DNA of 16,114 bases, taken from Candidatus Thorarchaeota archaeon (GTDB lineage: Archaea > Asgardarchaeota > Thorarchaeia > Thorarchaeales > Thorarchaeaceae). The position numbers and the translations under genes are program-made. Below are positions 1-7,757 of the stretch, one piece after another. The notes beneath the pieces were generated by a model. It was not told the origin of the DNA. It searched no databases and saw only the letters and a list, made by a program, of their open reading frames with translations. Positions within the stretch are counted from its first letter, which is position 1. Every line of letters begins with the position of its first letter. The stretch is taken from the NCBI GenBank assembly GCA_048882485.1, contig JBHLRP010000066.1:1-16114 (forward strand). The letters run 5' to 3'.

Positions 1-87
1 CTGACTCTTGGATCACTCTGCACAGTTCTGGCTTTTACTTGCGTATATATTGTCTTGAGCACCAGGCCCAATCCAAATCCTAGGTAA
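1..87 (+). CDS. 3' end of a membrane protein (partial): LTLGSLCTVLAFTCVYIVLSTRPNPNPR*
   Basis: Frame +1 is open from base 1 to TAA at 85-87. It encodes about 20 hydrophobic residues and a short polar/basic tail, like a C-terminal TM helix. It is not in the ORF track. Confidence 0.55.
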   Translation: MTLGSLCTVLAFTCVYIVLSTRPNPNPR

Positions 88-164
88 TATCCGGTACACA
101 CTCCCCAATATTGGAATCATAAAAGAAAGTGCCTTTCCATACCGATCATCGATGCTAATTCGAA

Positions 165-1540
165 TCAGTTGCCTTTAGATAGACTCGTCCATTTGACGCC
201 CATTCTCTTCAAAGCATGCTCAATTTCACTCAAATAATCACCATATACCACTAGCCAGTGAAATCCCTTCATCTCGTACAAAAGCTTCTCCCAATCACCA
301 TCAATCTCTATATCTAATTGGGTGCGGCAAATAGGAAGAGTTGGATTGTCTACTATTCTTCCTGTAAATCCAATCCATTCGTTTCCGCTAAACGAAGGAT
401 CGACAACCGTGACTACTTGGCCTTTCTTCATCTTCACCTGTGGTGCTGCTCCAAAATCAGATTCAAAGTGAGTGAGAATCTCCACACTCTCAAGGTTTGA
501 GCCATCCATTCTACGTGGTGCGGTACAATGGGCAACGGTGACTTGACCTCTATGAGGTAAGGTGGGATCAACAAAGAAAACGGGTTTGCTTGAGATATAA
601 TGCAAAAGGACTCCTGCTGAAATAGCAGCGAAGTTGGATTCACAAAATGCTAGGTATCCAGAATCGTTCAACAAACAGATAGGTAGGCAAGCAGTCGTTT
701 CAGAGATCGGCATGACAATCGACATGCAGCCTGCAATTGTTAGTATGTGGGTGCCATTCTCTTTCAGCAAGTCTTTGAAGACTCTTTCAAGCAGAAATGC
801 ATTGAATACGAAAATCTTGTCTGTTCTAAGTCCAACTTCCTTGTCTGATAAATATCTCTCAGCATCCTTTTGAGCCAATTCAATTGCATTTGCATCTACT
901 TTCAATTCCTCGATCCTATTCGTTAACTCCTGATAGGAAATAGTTTCTATCTGAAGATTTCATGTTTCTTTTGCTTTCTGTACAGCCTCCTCCCCAATGC
1001 CCCAGCCTCCAGGTGGTCCTATAGAGATGACTTTCGCACCAATTGCAGACTTCAATCCTGCTAGAGATCTTAATTTCTTGAGAAGTTCTTTGTAGTCATC
1101 AACTATGATCTCCTCAACATTGACAGGTTGCAAGATCTCATCGGATACGCTTTTTCTTAGAAACCGTGGATGTACTATTTCGTACCAGAGATAGTCCTTC
1201 CTGAGGAAGAATATTACTGGCACATTATATGACAGCAGTCGCTCCAAGGGCTCAATCGAGTCGATTTCCTGTACGCCAGCTGCGTACCCAAAAATGCATC
1301 TGCATCGCAGTTTAGATTTTCAACATCTGCAGCAGTTTTGGTCTTGCTTAAAGGTTGAATTCGCAATGGAAAGTCCGCCTCATTCTGTAATTCTAACAAT
1401 TCATTCTTAATCCTCTTAATCTCCCTGTCTGCATCAGTTTCAGATTGAATCCCACCCCAAGGTTTCCAACTAGTTTGCACCTTCTTCTCATAAACCCCAT
1501 ATAGAAGAATTGGTTTTACTTGAAAATCGAACATAACCAT
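165..1540 (-). pseudogene. Interrupted L-fucose/L-arabinose isomerase-like ('sugar isomerase') gene, about 458 aa when repaired
   Basis: Track ORFs 1214..1540, 960..1247 and 165..905 join into one protein. A -1 shift near 1286-1292 gives ...DADAFL(x)YAAGVQEIDSIEPLERLL..., and the TGA at 962-960 is in frame with the third ORF (KAKET*NLQIETISYQELTNRIEELKVDAN). The C-terminal part has FucI/AraA-fold motifs: GCM...TTACLP..LLNDSGYLAFCES, AHCTAP, THFESDFGA, CRTQ and GFHWLVVYGDY. Confidence 0.8.
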
Positions 1541-1641
1541 ATGAAAAATTCATGAATGCCCACTAATCTTCAGACAAGAGAGAACGTAATCACTTCAACT
1601 CTGAAAGAGCAACGGACCATTTCGCCATCGATAAGCTCAAT

Positions 1642-1672
1642 AAAAAAAGGGTACGCCCCCAAAGATGGGGGC
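1642..1672 (-). terminator. Hairpin plus T-tract terminator after the surface-protein gene
   Basis: The minus strand reads GCCCCCA-TCTT-TGGGGGC (7-bp stem, 1672..1655), then GTACCC and TTTTTTT (1648..1642). The stem begins 11 nt past the stop codon at 1684. Confidence 0.7.
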
Positions 1673-1683
1673 AAGTTTATTCT

Positions 1684-3798
1684 TTATTGACTTCGCTTTC
1701 TTAGGGCGATTATTATTGCTATGACAATGACCACTCCACCTACACCCACTACAAGAATGAGTGTGATGTCGATCGGGGGAGGTGGTGGTGGAGTAGTTGT
1801 CGTTGGCGGAGTTGTACCTGCTGGCGTAATGACAAGCAATACAGTATCGGTGGTGATGTGATAGCCGTCTGTGACCACAACTGTGTAATTGTATGTTCCC
1901 GGTGCCATCCCCATTACGACATAGTTGTGGTATACCATATTTCCAATCGGGACACCCCCCTCTTGGATTTCTACTCCATTCTCGAAGATCTCATAGGTCA
2001 TGGGGCTTGCATCAGTGACCATCCAGCCAATAGCACCACTAGCTTCTGCTCCTTCTATGAATTCCAAGTTTTCAGGATGATTTATTGAAGGCGGGATTGT
2101 ATCAGCGACGGTGACAATGATGACTGCTGACACATATTTGTCCTCAGGATCATAAGCTCTCACTTCGATTCCATAGATGCCTATTGGGGGATTAGCTGCA
2201 TATAGTACCCCTGTATTAGAATTCATGCTGAAATATACTGTAGCATTTGTCCAGTACCGATCAATATCCCAGGCATCGGATGCATTTAGATCATAGCTGA
2301 AGGCTTGACCAAATTCATGGAATTGATCAATTGGTTCTTCATCCCATGTAGGTATGAGTGTATCATTGATATCTATCCTGAAAGTAGCTGATATTGTGAA
2401 GCTATAGATATTTCTGGCCCATACTGTTAGAGGCAGATTATATTCCATAACGAACACAGTTGCGTTCGTGATCACGCCATTAGAGTCAACTGAAAACCAC
2501 GAGGCATAAGCACCAGATAACCACCAGTAGATCGGCTCTGGTGCAGTGCAGTTGAGATCGTACCTGAAGGCATATCCAAGCTCCAGATGCTGATCTGTAG
2601 GAGCAGGGGCCCAGATTGTGGAATATCTGGGGGTTGAAGGGGTCATCAGTGGATGCGGGTCTTCGTTATTCGCGGTTCCTGAGATCGGGTACGGCGTATC
2701 ACCAATTCCATCCCCATTTCCATCTGAACCGACATAGTCAGACCAGTAATTTGTACCAAAGAATGTGTCTGTCCCATTATCCTCAGCGTTCAATGTGTTG
2801 CTATCGAAGAAGTTTCCAACAAACCAGTTCCTATCAGAATCTGCAACGACCAAAACGCCGAAGTCATTTCCGGAAATTGTGTTATTCTCGAAGAGACAGT
2901 CATTAGGTCGGTCAACATCGATACCAGTGCTGCCGTTAGCTATTGTGTTATTAGCAATTGTTTGAGAAATGCCTCCCTCCACGAGAAGTCCGCCTCCGCA
3001 TTCATCAATTGTGTTGTTGAACACTAAAGCATAATCACACACAGCCATGCTCATTCCTCTTGTGTTATTGGCCAGGTTGTTGTTCTTGATCACAAGATTG
3101 GGACCTTTGAAATACATGCCTAGCGATGAATGAGTGCTTGTATTGTTCTCAAACCATCCGGTGTCAATTCCGTTCATATACAGATTGAAATCACTACCGT
3201 TCAAGATATTATGCTTGACAATGATATCCCCACCGTAATTTTGGTTGATAGAATAGCCTATACAATCGATATTATTGTTTAAAATCTCGATGTTGTAACA
3301 ATCCTGCAAACCTATGCCATATTGGCTTGATGTTATATTATTCGCCTGGACAGTGATATCCGTGCAATTGTTGATGAAAATAGATTCCCAGTTGTCATAT
3401 ATCGCATTATCGAAGATTTCACCATGGGATACATTGTAGAGCAATATCGCCTTATTACCAAATCCACTCTGATGAAGAGTACAGTTCTGAATGATGAAAT
3501 TCTTGCGTGTGTTTTGTATGCTGATTAACTCTGTACTGTCACCAGTTATATTGAAGTTCTCTATACGATAGGGATTTCCAGGTGAGCCGTCGCCTGCAAA
3601 GCCCATCACTGCGAAGTCGTCATCATTTGTTATAGCAATCGTTGGGTCCTCACTGACCTGATGTTCCCTGGCCTGGATGGAGGGAGAGTCGATGTTGTTG
3701 CTCTGAGCACCGATACTGCTCAGAGAAGTTATTGAGATAAATGAAGGTAGGACCAATAGGAATACTATAGCAAATAGCCACGATTTTCGTGTAAACAT
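1684..3798 (-). CDS. Membrane-anchored surface protein: signal peptide, NosD-like right-handed parallel beta-helix, two cadherin/Ig-like repeats, a third Ig-like domain, Thr/Pro linker and C-terminal TM anchor
   Basis: The probable start is ATG 3798 (MFTRKSWLFAIVFLLVLP, a signal peptide) preceded by GAAGGAGA; the track start at 3888 adds 30 non-signal residues. Motifs include GDGSPGNPYRIENFNI, many N/I-rich NNxI beta-helix turns, NYWSDYVGSDGNGDGIGDTPYPI and TTPPTTTTPPPPPP-IDITLILVVGVGGVVIVIAIIIAL-RKRSQ. Confidence 0.88.
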   Translation of the reverse strand: MFTRKSWLFAIVFLLVLPSFISITSLSSIGAQSNNIDSPSIQAREHQVSEDPTIAITNDDDFAVMGFAGDGSPGNPYRIENFNITGDSTELISIQNTRKNFIIQNCTLHQSGFGNKAILLYNVSHGEIFDNAIYDNWESIFINNCTDITVQANNITSSQYGIGLQDCYNIEILNNNIDCIGYSINQNYGGDIIVKHNILNGSDFNLYMNGIDTGWFENNTSTHSSLGMYFKGPNLVIKNNNLANNTRGMSMAVCDYALVFNNTIDECGGGLLVEGGISQTIANNTIANGSTGIDVDRPNDCLFENNTISGNDFGVLVVADSDRNWFVGNFFDSNTLNAEDNGTDTFFGTNYWSDYVGSDGNGDGIGDTPYPISGTANNEDPHPLMTPSTPRYSTIWAPAPTDQHLELGYAFRYDLNCTAPEPIYWWLSGAYASWFSVDSNGVITNATVFVMEYNLPLTVWARNIYSFTISATFRIDINDTLIPTWDEEPIDQFHEFGQAFSYDLNASDAWDIDRYWTNATVYFSMNSNTGVLYAANPPIGIYGIEVRAYDPEDKYVSAVIIVTVADTIPPSINHPENLEFIEGAEASGAIGWMVTDASPMTYEIFENGVEIQEGGVPIGNMVYHNYVVMGMAPGTYNYTVVVTDGYHITTDTVLLVITPAGTTPPTTTTPPPPPPIDITLILVVGVGGVVIVIAIIIALRKRSQ
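2104..2613 (-). repeat. Two tandem protein-level repeats (about 80-90 aa, cadherin/Ig-like) inside the surface protein
   Basis: WAPAPTDQHLELGYAFRYDLNCT...FSVDSNGVI...LTVWA aligns with WDEEPIDQFHEFGQAFSYDLNAS...FSMNSNTGVL...IEVRA. The two Trp codons lie 267 nt apart. Confidence 0.7.
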
Positions 3799-3980
3799 CT
3801 TATCTCCTTCTTCTATTGTGCGATGCCATAAACTATAGGTGCGGCATATATTGAATCTTGTGAACTTCCATGCTCCTGCTGTTTTCAATGTCTATCTCAA
3901 GGATACTCATGAAACGGTCATTAGAATACCCAATAAATGCGTTCAGACAAGGGCGACCGTAATACCTTCCTCTAGGATTC

Positions 3981-5618
3981 TTACCTGCTAGCTTTTGGAA
4001 GTGGCAGCAATATGACCATGCTTGCACCCTGTTGGTAATCCCCCGCCACACGGTCTTCAACCCATATTCTTCCGCCATAGCGTTTAATGATGCGGCGAAC
4101 AAGAGTGAGACCTAAACCACTTCCACGTCTCTCTCTATCTCCAAACCGTGCGAGAATCGCTTTTTTCAGAGTATCATTAATTCCCGGTCCCCTGTCTTGG
4201 ACTCTTATAGCGAGAAAGCTCTCTCCTTCTTTGTCATCTGCAATGACATCTATGACAACAATGTCATTCTTGTCCATTCTGACGGCATTGTGAAGCAGAT
4301 TATAGAACACATCAACCAGAAACTCATCAGCCATTACTGAGTATTGCTCCTCACCAAAGCTGATGTTGATTCTGATGTTTAACATCGGGTATGAGTCCTT
4401 GACCATGTCAATTGCTTCAGTGAGCGCTATATAGGGATCCGCTGGAACCAGCTCGGACTCTTCTCCAAGCGACGCCAGTTTCTTAACATTGGTCACCAAT
4501 TTTGCCCCTCTCTGAGTCTGTGCCAGCGCGGACTTTGCCAGGGATTCCAATTCCTCAGAAAGGCTGCCACTATCAAGCATCAGCTCCATGCTTGACATGA
4601 TTCCCTGTTGGAGATTGGATATGTCATGAGCCATCAGGTCATTGTAGAACGCGGTTGTTGCCACAGCTTCCTCCAACTGGCGCTCCGTCTTTTTCCTCTC
4701 TGTGATGTCGCGAGCAATACCTAGTATTCCAATTGGCTTATCCTGATCATCCCGAAGAAACGCCCGCGATATTTCAGTCCAGAATCTTGACCCGTCCTTG
4801 TGAAGGAATTCAAGCTCAAGTGGTGGTGCATCATAGCCCTCTTTTCCAACTTCCCCTTCAAGTCTAAGCGTTTCAGCCAGAATCTCTCGAGTCAACTCCA
4901 TTGTATCTTTGGGCATTATTGACGTGACACTTTTACCTATGAGTTCCTCAGGTTTGTACCCAAGTACTGTTTCACTTGCCGGACTAATATATGTCACTTT
5001 AAGATTCAGGTCCGTTGTCCATATGACATCCTTCGCACTCTCTGCCAACAAACGTAATCTCTCTTCATTTGAACGGAGAGCTTCCTGAGCCAAATGCCTT
5101 GCCACAACTGTAGAGAGCATTCTTGCTATTGTCTGGAACAAGGTTCTGTCTTGTTCTGATAGATCTTTCTTCTTTCGGGCTGCAATATTCAAGACACCTA
5201 ATAGTTCCTCGTGGGGTCCAAGTATCGGCCAGAATATTATCGCCTGAATTCCCATTTGGTCCAAGACACCCTTTCGGGCCTGCAAAATTGAGCTCCTCTG
5301 AATGTCTGATTCGAAGATTGGCTTCTTTGCTCTAGCAACATATGCAGCGAGGTATTCCTGATCATCGAGAGGCACTTCACTTCGCGCGCCAGCTGGGATG
5401 CCAACGACTGCATGCAATTTCAGTATTTGATTTACATCATCATAGAGTCTAATTGTTCCAAGGTCAAAGCCTAGAATCTCGACTAATCCTGATATTATCC
5501 TGTGACTTGTTGCCTGTGTATAGGTCTGTTCTAGAGCCGTTTCCGCAATTAGCTGGAGTGCCATTCGCTCCCGCTCAAATGCGTTTCTCGCCTTGGTGGA
5601 CTCGGGTTCGTCCATCAA
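3981..5618 (-). CDS. Cytoplasmic GAF-PAS/PAC sensor histidine kinase
   Basis: It has a GAF domain (GTIRLYDD...FWPILGPHEELLGVLNIA), PAS/PAC (DVIWTTDLNLKVTYISPASETVLGYKPEELIGK...GIARDITERK), an H-box (LMAHDISN), N-box (VFYNLLHNA), G1 (DRGPGI) and G2 (GSGLGL). There is no TM segment. Start is TTG 5618 or ATG 5615. Confidence 0.93.
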   Translation of the reverse strand: MMDEPESTKARNAFERERMALQLIAETALEQTYTQATSHRIISGLVEILGFDLGTIRLYDDVNQILKLHAVVGIPAGARSEVPLDDQEYLAAYVARAKKPIFESDIQRSSILQARKGVLDQMGIQAIIFWPILGPHEELLGVLNIAARKKKDLSEQDRTLFQTIARMLSTVVARHLAQEALRSNEERLRLLAESAKDVIWTTDLNLKVTYISPASETVLGYKPEELIGKSVTSIMPKDTMELTREILAETLRLEGEVGKEGYDAPPLELEFLHKDGSRFWTEISRAFLRDDQDKPIGILGIARDITERKKTERQLEEAVATTAFYNDLMAHDISNLQQGIMSSMELMLDSGSLSEELESLAKSALAQTQRGAKLVTNVKKLASLGEESELVPADPYIALTEAIDMVKDSYPMLNIRINISFGEEQYSVMADEFLVDVFYNLLHNAVRMDKNDIVVIDVIADDKEGESFLAIRVQDRGPGINDTLKKAILARFGDRERRGSGLGLTLVRRIIKRYGGRIWVEDRVAGDYQQGASMVILLPLPKASR

Positions 5619-5678
5619 TTATTCACTCCGAGTTACATGCACGCCAGTATGGTGTCCTCAAGAAGGTATCTATTCCCA

Positions 5679-5694
5679 ATTCATTATGATGAAT
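5679..5694. promoter_or_regulatory. Palindrome ATTCAT-N4-ATGAAT in the divergent kinase/SDR intergenic region (candidate operator)
   Basis: ATTCATTATGATGAAT is read directly. Its first 14 bp recur in reverse complement at 15955-15968. Confidence 0.35.
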
Positions 5695-5766
5695 CATGTT
5701 GTTATAACCATCGGTTGAGCATCTAAGGAGCTATGTGAGTCCAACTCCACCATCATCCGGCAACTC

Positions 5767-5774
5767 TTTTATCC
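5767..5774 (+). promoter_or_regulatory. Candidate archaeal TATA-like box TTTTATCC
   Basis: It lies about 35 bp upstream of ATG 5808, with an SD-like GAAGGTG before the start. Confidence 0.35.
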
Positions 5775-5807
5775 CGCAAAAGCACTCCAGCGGAAGGTGT
5801 CGCTTCA

Positions 5808-6800
5808 ATGTCCCACGGTGAATCCGTTCTGATTACTGGAGGCACAGGCTTCATAGGATCTCATTTAGCTCGCAAACTCGTTCGCGATGAGCAAGAGGTT
5901 GTTCTCTTTGACCTCTACCCGAATCCACATAGTATCGCAGATATCAAGGACCATGTCAATGTTTTGGAAGGAGATGTTGCTGACTACAAGGCAATTACAG
6001 ATGCGATAGACCAATACAAGATTACATCGGTCATTCATACTGCTGCAATGCTCTCGGTTGCGGCTGCCACCGAACTACGGACCGCCTATAATGTCAATAT
6101 TGATGGAACTTTCAATATCCTTGAGGCCTGCAGAGTAAAAGGAGTGGAAAAGGTCGTGTTCCTTAGCAGTCTTGCAGCGTTTGGACCCAACTCTCCATTT
6201 CCTTTTCATGAAACAACATACAGAGAACCAGCTAGTTTCTACGGCGTGAGCAAAGTCTGTGGAGAAGTCCTAGGCACGTTCTATCATCATACGCACGGTC
6301 TGGATTTCAGATGCGTCCGACTAGCTGTTGTGATTGGACCTGGGAGACGAGGCAAAGGTGCGACGGTATCATTCTCCAAATTCGTTGAGGATGTAGTCCT
6401 GCAAAGGCCGGGGATCATATTGGTTCCAGACTATACAGTCCTTCCAATAATCCATGTTGAAGATGCCACAAATTTGCTCTTGGCGTTATGGAAAGCCGAT
6501 AGCGTTGACAAACGGATTCTCATGTCTGGAGGAGTGCCGATAGCCATCGAGGAATTCGTCAGTCGTGTCAAAAAACTGGTCCCCGATGCTGATGTGCGAT
6601 ACCAAGAAGATCCGACAGTTGAAGAGGTTGCAGGAACTTGGACTTTACTCACCACAATGCTTGTGCAACAAGGTCAAGAGAAGGTCTATCGAGAGATTGA
6701 TGATATTGGATGGAAACTGACGATTGATGATGCTGAGAAGCTAGCTACGCATTTCGTTGATGAAGTCAGGACCAATCGCGACATGTACGAGTCATACTAG
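5808..6800 (+). CDS. NAD-dependent epimerase/dehydratase family (extended SDR), L-threonine 3-dehydrogenase-like
   Basis: Motifs are TGGTGFIGS, HTAAMLS, NIDGTFNILEA, SSLAAFGP and catalytic YGVSK. The segment KVCGEVLGTFYHHTHGLDFRCVR resembles GalE-like threonine dehydrogenases. The substrate is not certain. Confidence 0.88.
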   Translation: MSHGESVLITGGTGFIGSHLARKLVRDEQEVVLFDLYPNPHSIADIKDHVNVLEGDVADYKAITDAIDQYKITSVIHTAAMLSVAAATELRTAYNVNIDGTFNILEACRVKGVEKVVFLSSLAAFGPNSPFPFHETTYREPASFYGVSKVCGEVLGTFYHHTHGLDFRCVRLAVVIGPGRRGKGATVSFSKFVEDVVLQRPGIILVPDYTVLPIIHVEDATNLLLALWKADSVDKRILMSGGVPIAIEEFVSRVKKLVPDADVRYQEDPTVEEVAGTWTLLTTMLVQQGQEKVYREIDDIGWKLTIDDAEKLATHFVDEVRTNRDMYESY

Positions 6801-6813
6801 GAGGGTATGGATC

Positions 6814-7755
6814 TTGAAAGAAATCATGAAGACCTTAGTTATAGGTGGAGGCGCTATGGGCCATGGTATTGCACAAGTCTTTGCACAATCTGGATGTGAC
6901 GTGGTCATTGTTGATATCAATGATGAAGTGCTATCGAATGCAAAGAAGCATGTTGATTCCAATCTCAAGTTCCTTGCTCAGCATGGTTTGATAGAGGAGG
7001 AATCAATTGGAGATGTCCTTGATAGGATTCAGACTGAGCTTGATATCTCAAAAGCGCCGTCGGACATCGATTTCATCATCGAGGCTGTCCCAGAAGATGT
7101 CGAACTAAAGCAAAAAGTGCTGAGTGGTGCAGAAGCCTATTTTTCCGATGATACAATTCTTGCCACAACTACATCCGTTATCCAGGTCGCAGACATAGCA
7201 GAGGGTATCACCAAGCCTGAACGTTTCATCGGTGCCCACTGGATGAATCCACCATATGTTCTCCCTCTGGTTGAAGTCATCCCCGGACCAAAGACATCTG
7301 ATGACGTCGTAAAAAGAGTCAGGAGTTTCCTAGAGGACACGTGTGGGAAAACCACAGTCACCTGTGGAGATGCACCTGGATTCCTAGTCAATAGGATGGC
7401 GGCCGCTGTATTGGTTGAGGCCGCGAAGATGGTGCAAGATGGAATTGCATCCTTTGAAGACATTGACAGGGCATGGACGGAACACATGGGCTACATATTC
7501 CTACAGTTTGGTCCCTTCGGGAATATCGACCACATAGGACTGGATGTGATCAACATGGCGGCGAATTATCTTGCGTTTGTCCTCGAGGACGAGCGTTTCC
7601 GCCCACCTACCTGGCTGCAAGAGAAGGTCGAGGCAGGAAACCTCGGGACCAAGAGCGGCAAAGGCGTCTATGATTATGGAGGTAGGTCTCCAGAGGATCT
7701 CCGCATCCAAAGGATTGAGAAGCTCCTCGAGGTCATCCGAAGACGAGAGGGCTGA
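6814..7755 (+). CDS. 3-hydroxyacyl-CoA dehydrogenase family protein
   Basis: Motifs are GGGAMGHGIA, IIEAVPEDVELKQ, HWMNPPYVLPLVEV (His-Glu pair), PGFLVNR, DHIGLD and GNLGTKSGKGVYDY. Start is probably TTG 6814 (SD AGGAGGG at 6799-6805) or ATG 6826, not 6757. Confidence 0.92.
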   Translation: MKEIMKTLVIGGGAMGHGIAQVFAQSGCDVVIVDINDEVLSNAKKHVDSNLKFLAQHGLIEEESIGDVLDRIQTELDISKAPSDIDFIIEAVPEDVELKQKVLSGAEAYFSDDTILATTTSVIQVADIAEGITKPERFIGAHWMNPPYVLPLVEVIPGPKTSDDVVKRVRSFLEDTCGKTTVTCGDAPGFLVNRMAAAVLVEAAKMVQDGIASFEDIDRAWTEHMGYIFLQFGPFGNIDHIGLDVINMAANYLAFVLEDERFRPPTWLQEKVEAGNLGTKSGKGVYDYGGRSPEDLRIQRIEKLLEVIRRREG

Positions 7756-7757
7756 CA

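Noticed and set aside
105-114. Perfect palindrome CCAATATTGG between convergent genes
   Set aside because: It is short enough to occur by chance and has no loop or second copy that I could find.
88-164. Possible SECIS element in the isomerase 3' UTR (minus strand ATGA...GAAAG-GCA-CTTTC...TGAT)
   Set aside because: Only a 5-6 bp stem forms and the helix above the UGA/GA quartet does not pair. It looks more like a weak terminator.
1774-1816. GGT/GTT-rich low-complexity tract
   Set aside because: It is explained by the Thr/Pro linker codons of the surface protein.
3833-4102. 89-aa minus-strand ORF overlapping the kinase 3' end
   Set aside because: It is an out-of-frame overlap with the kinase, has no motif and has atypical composition.
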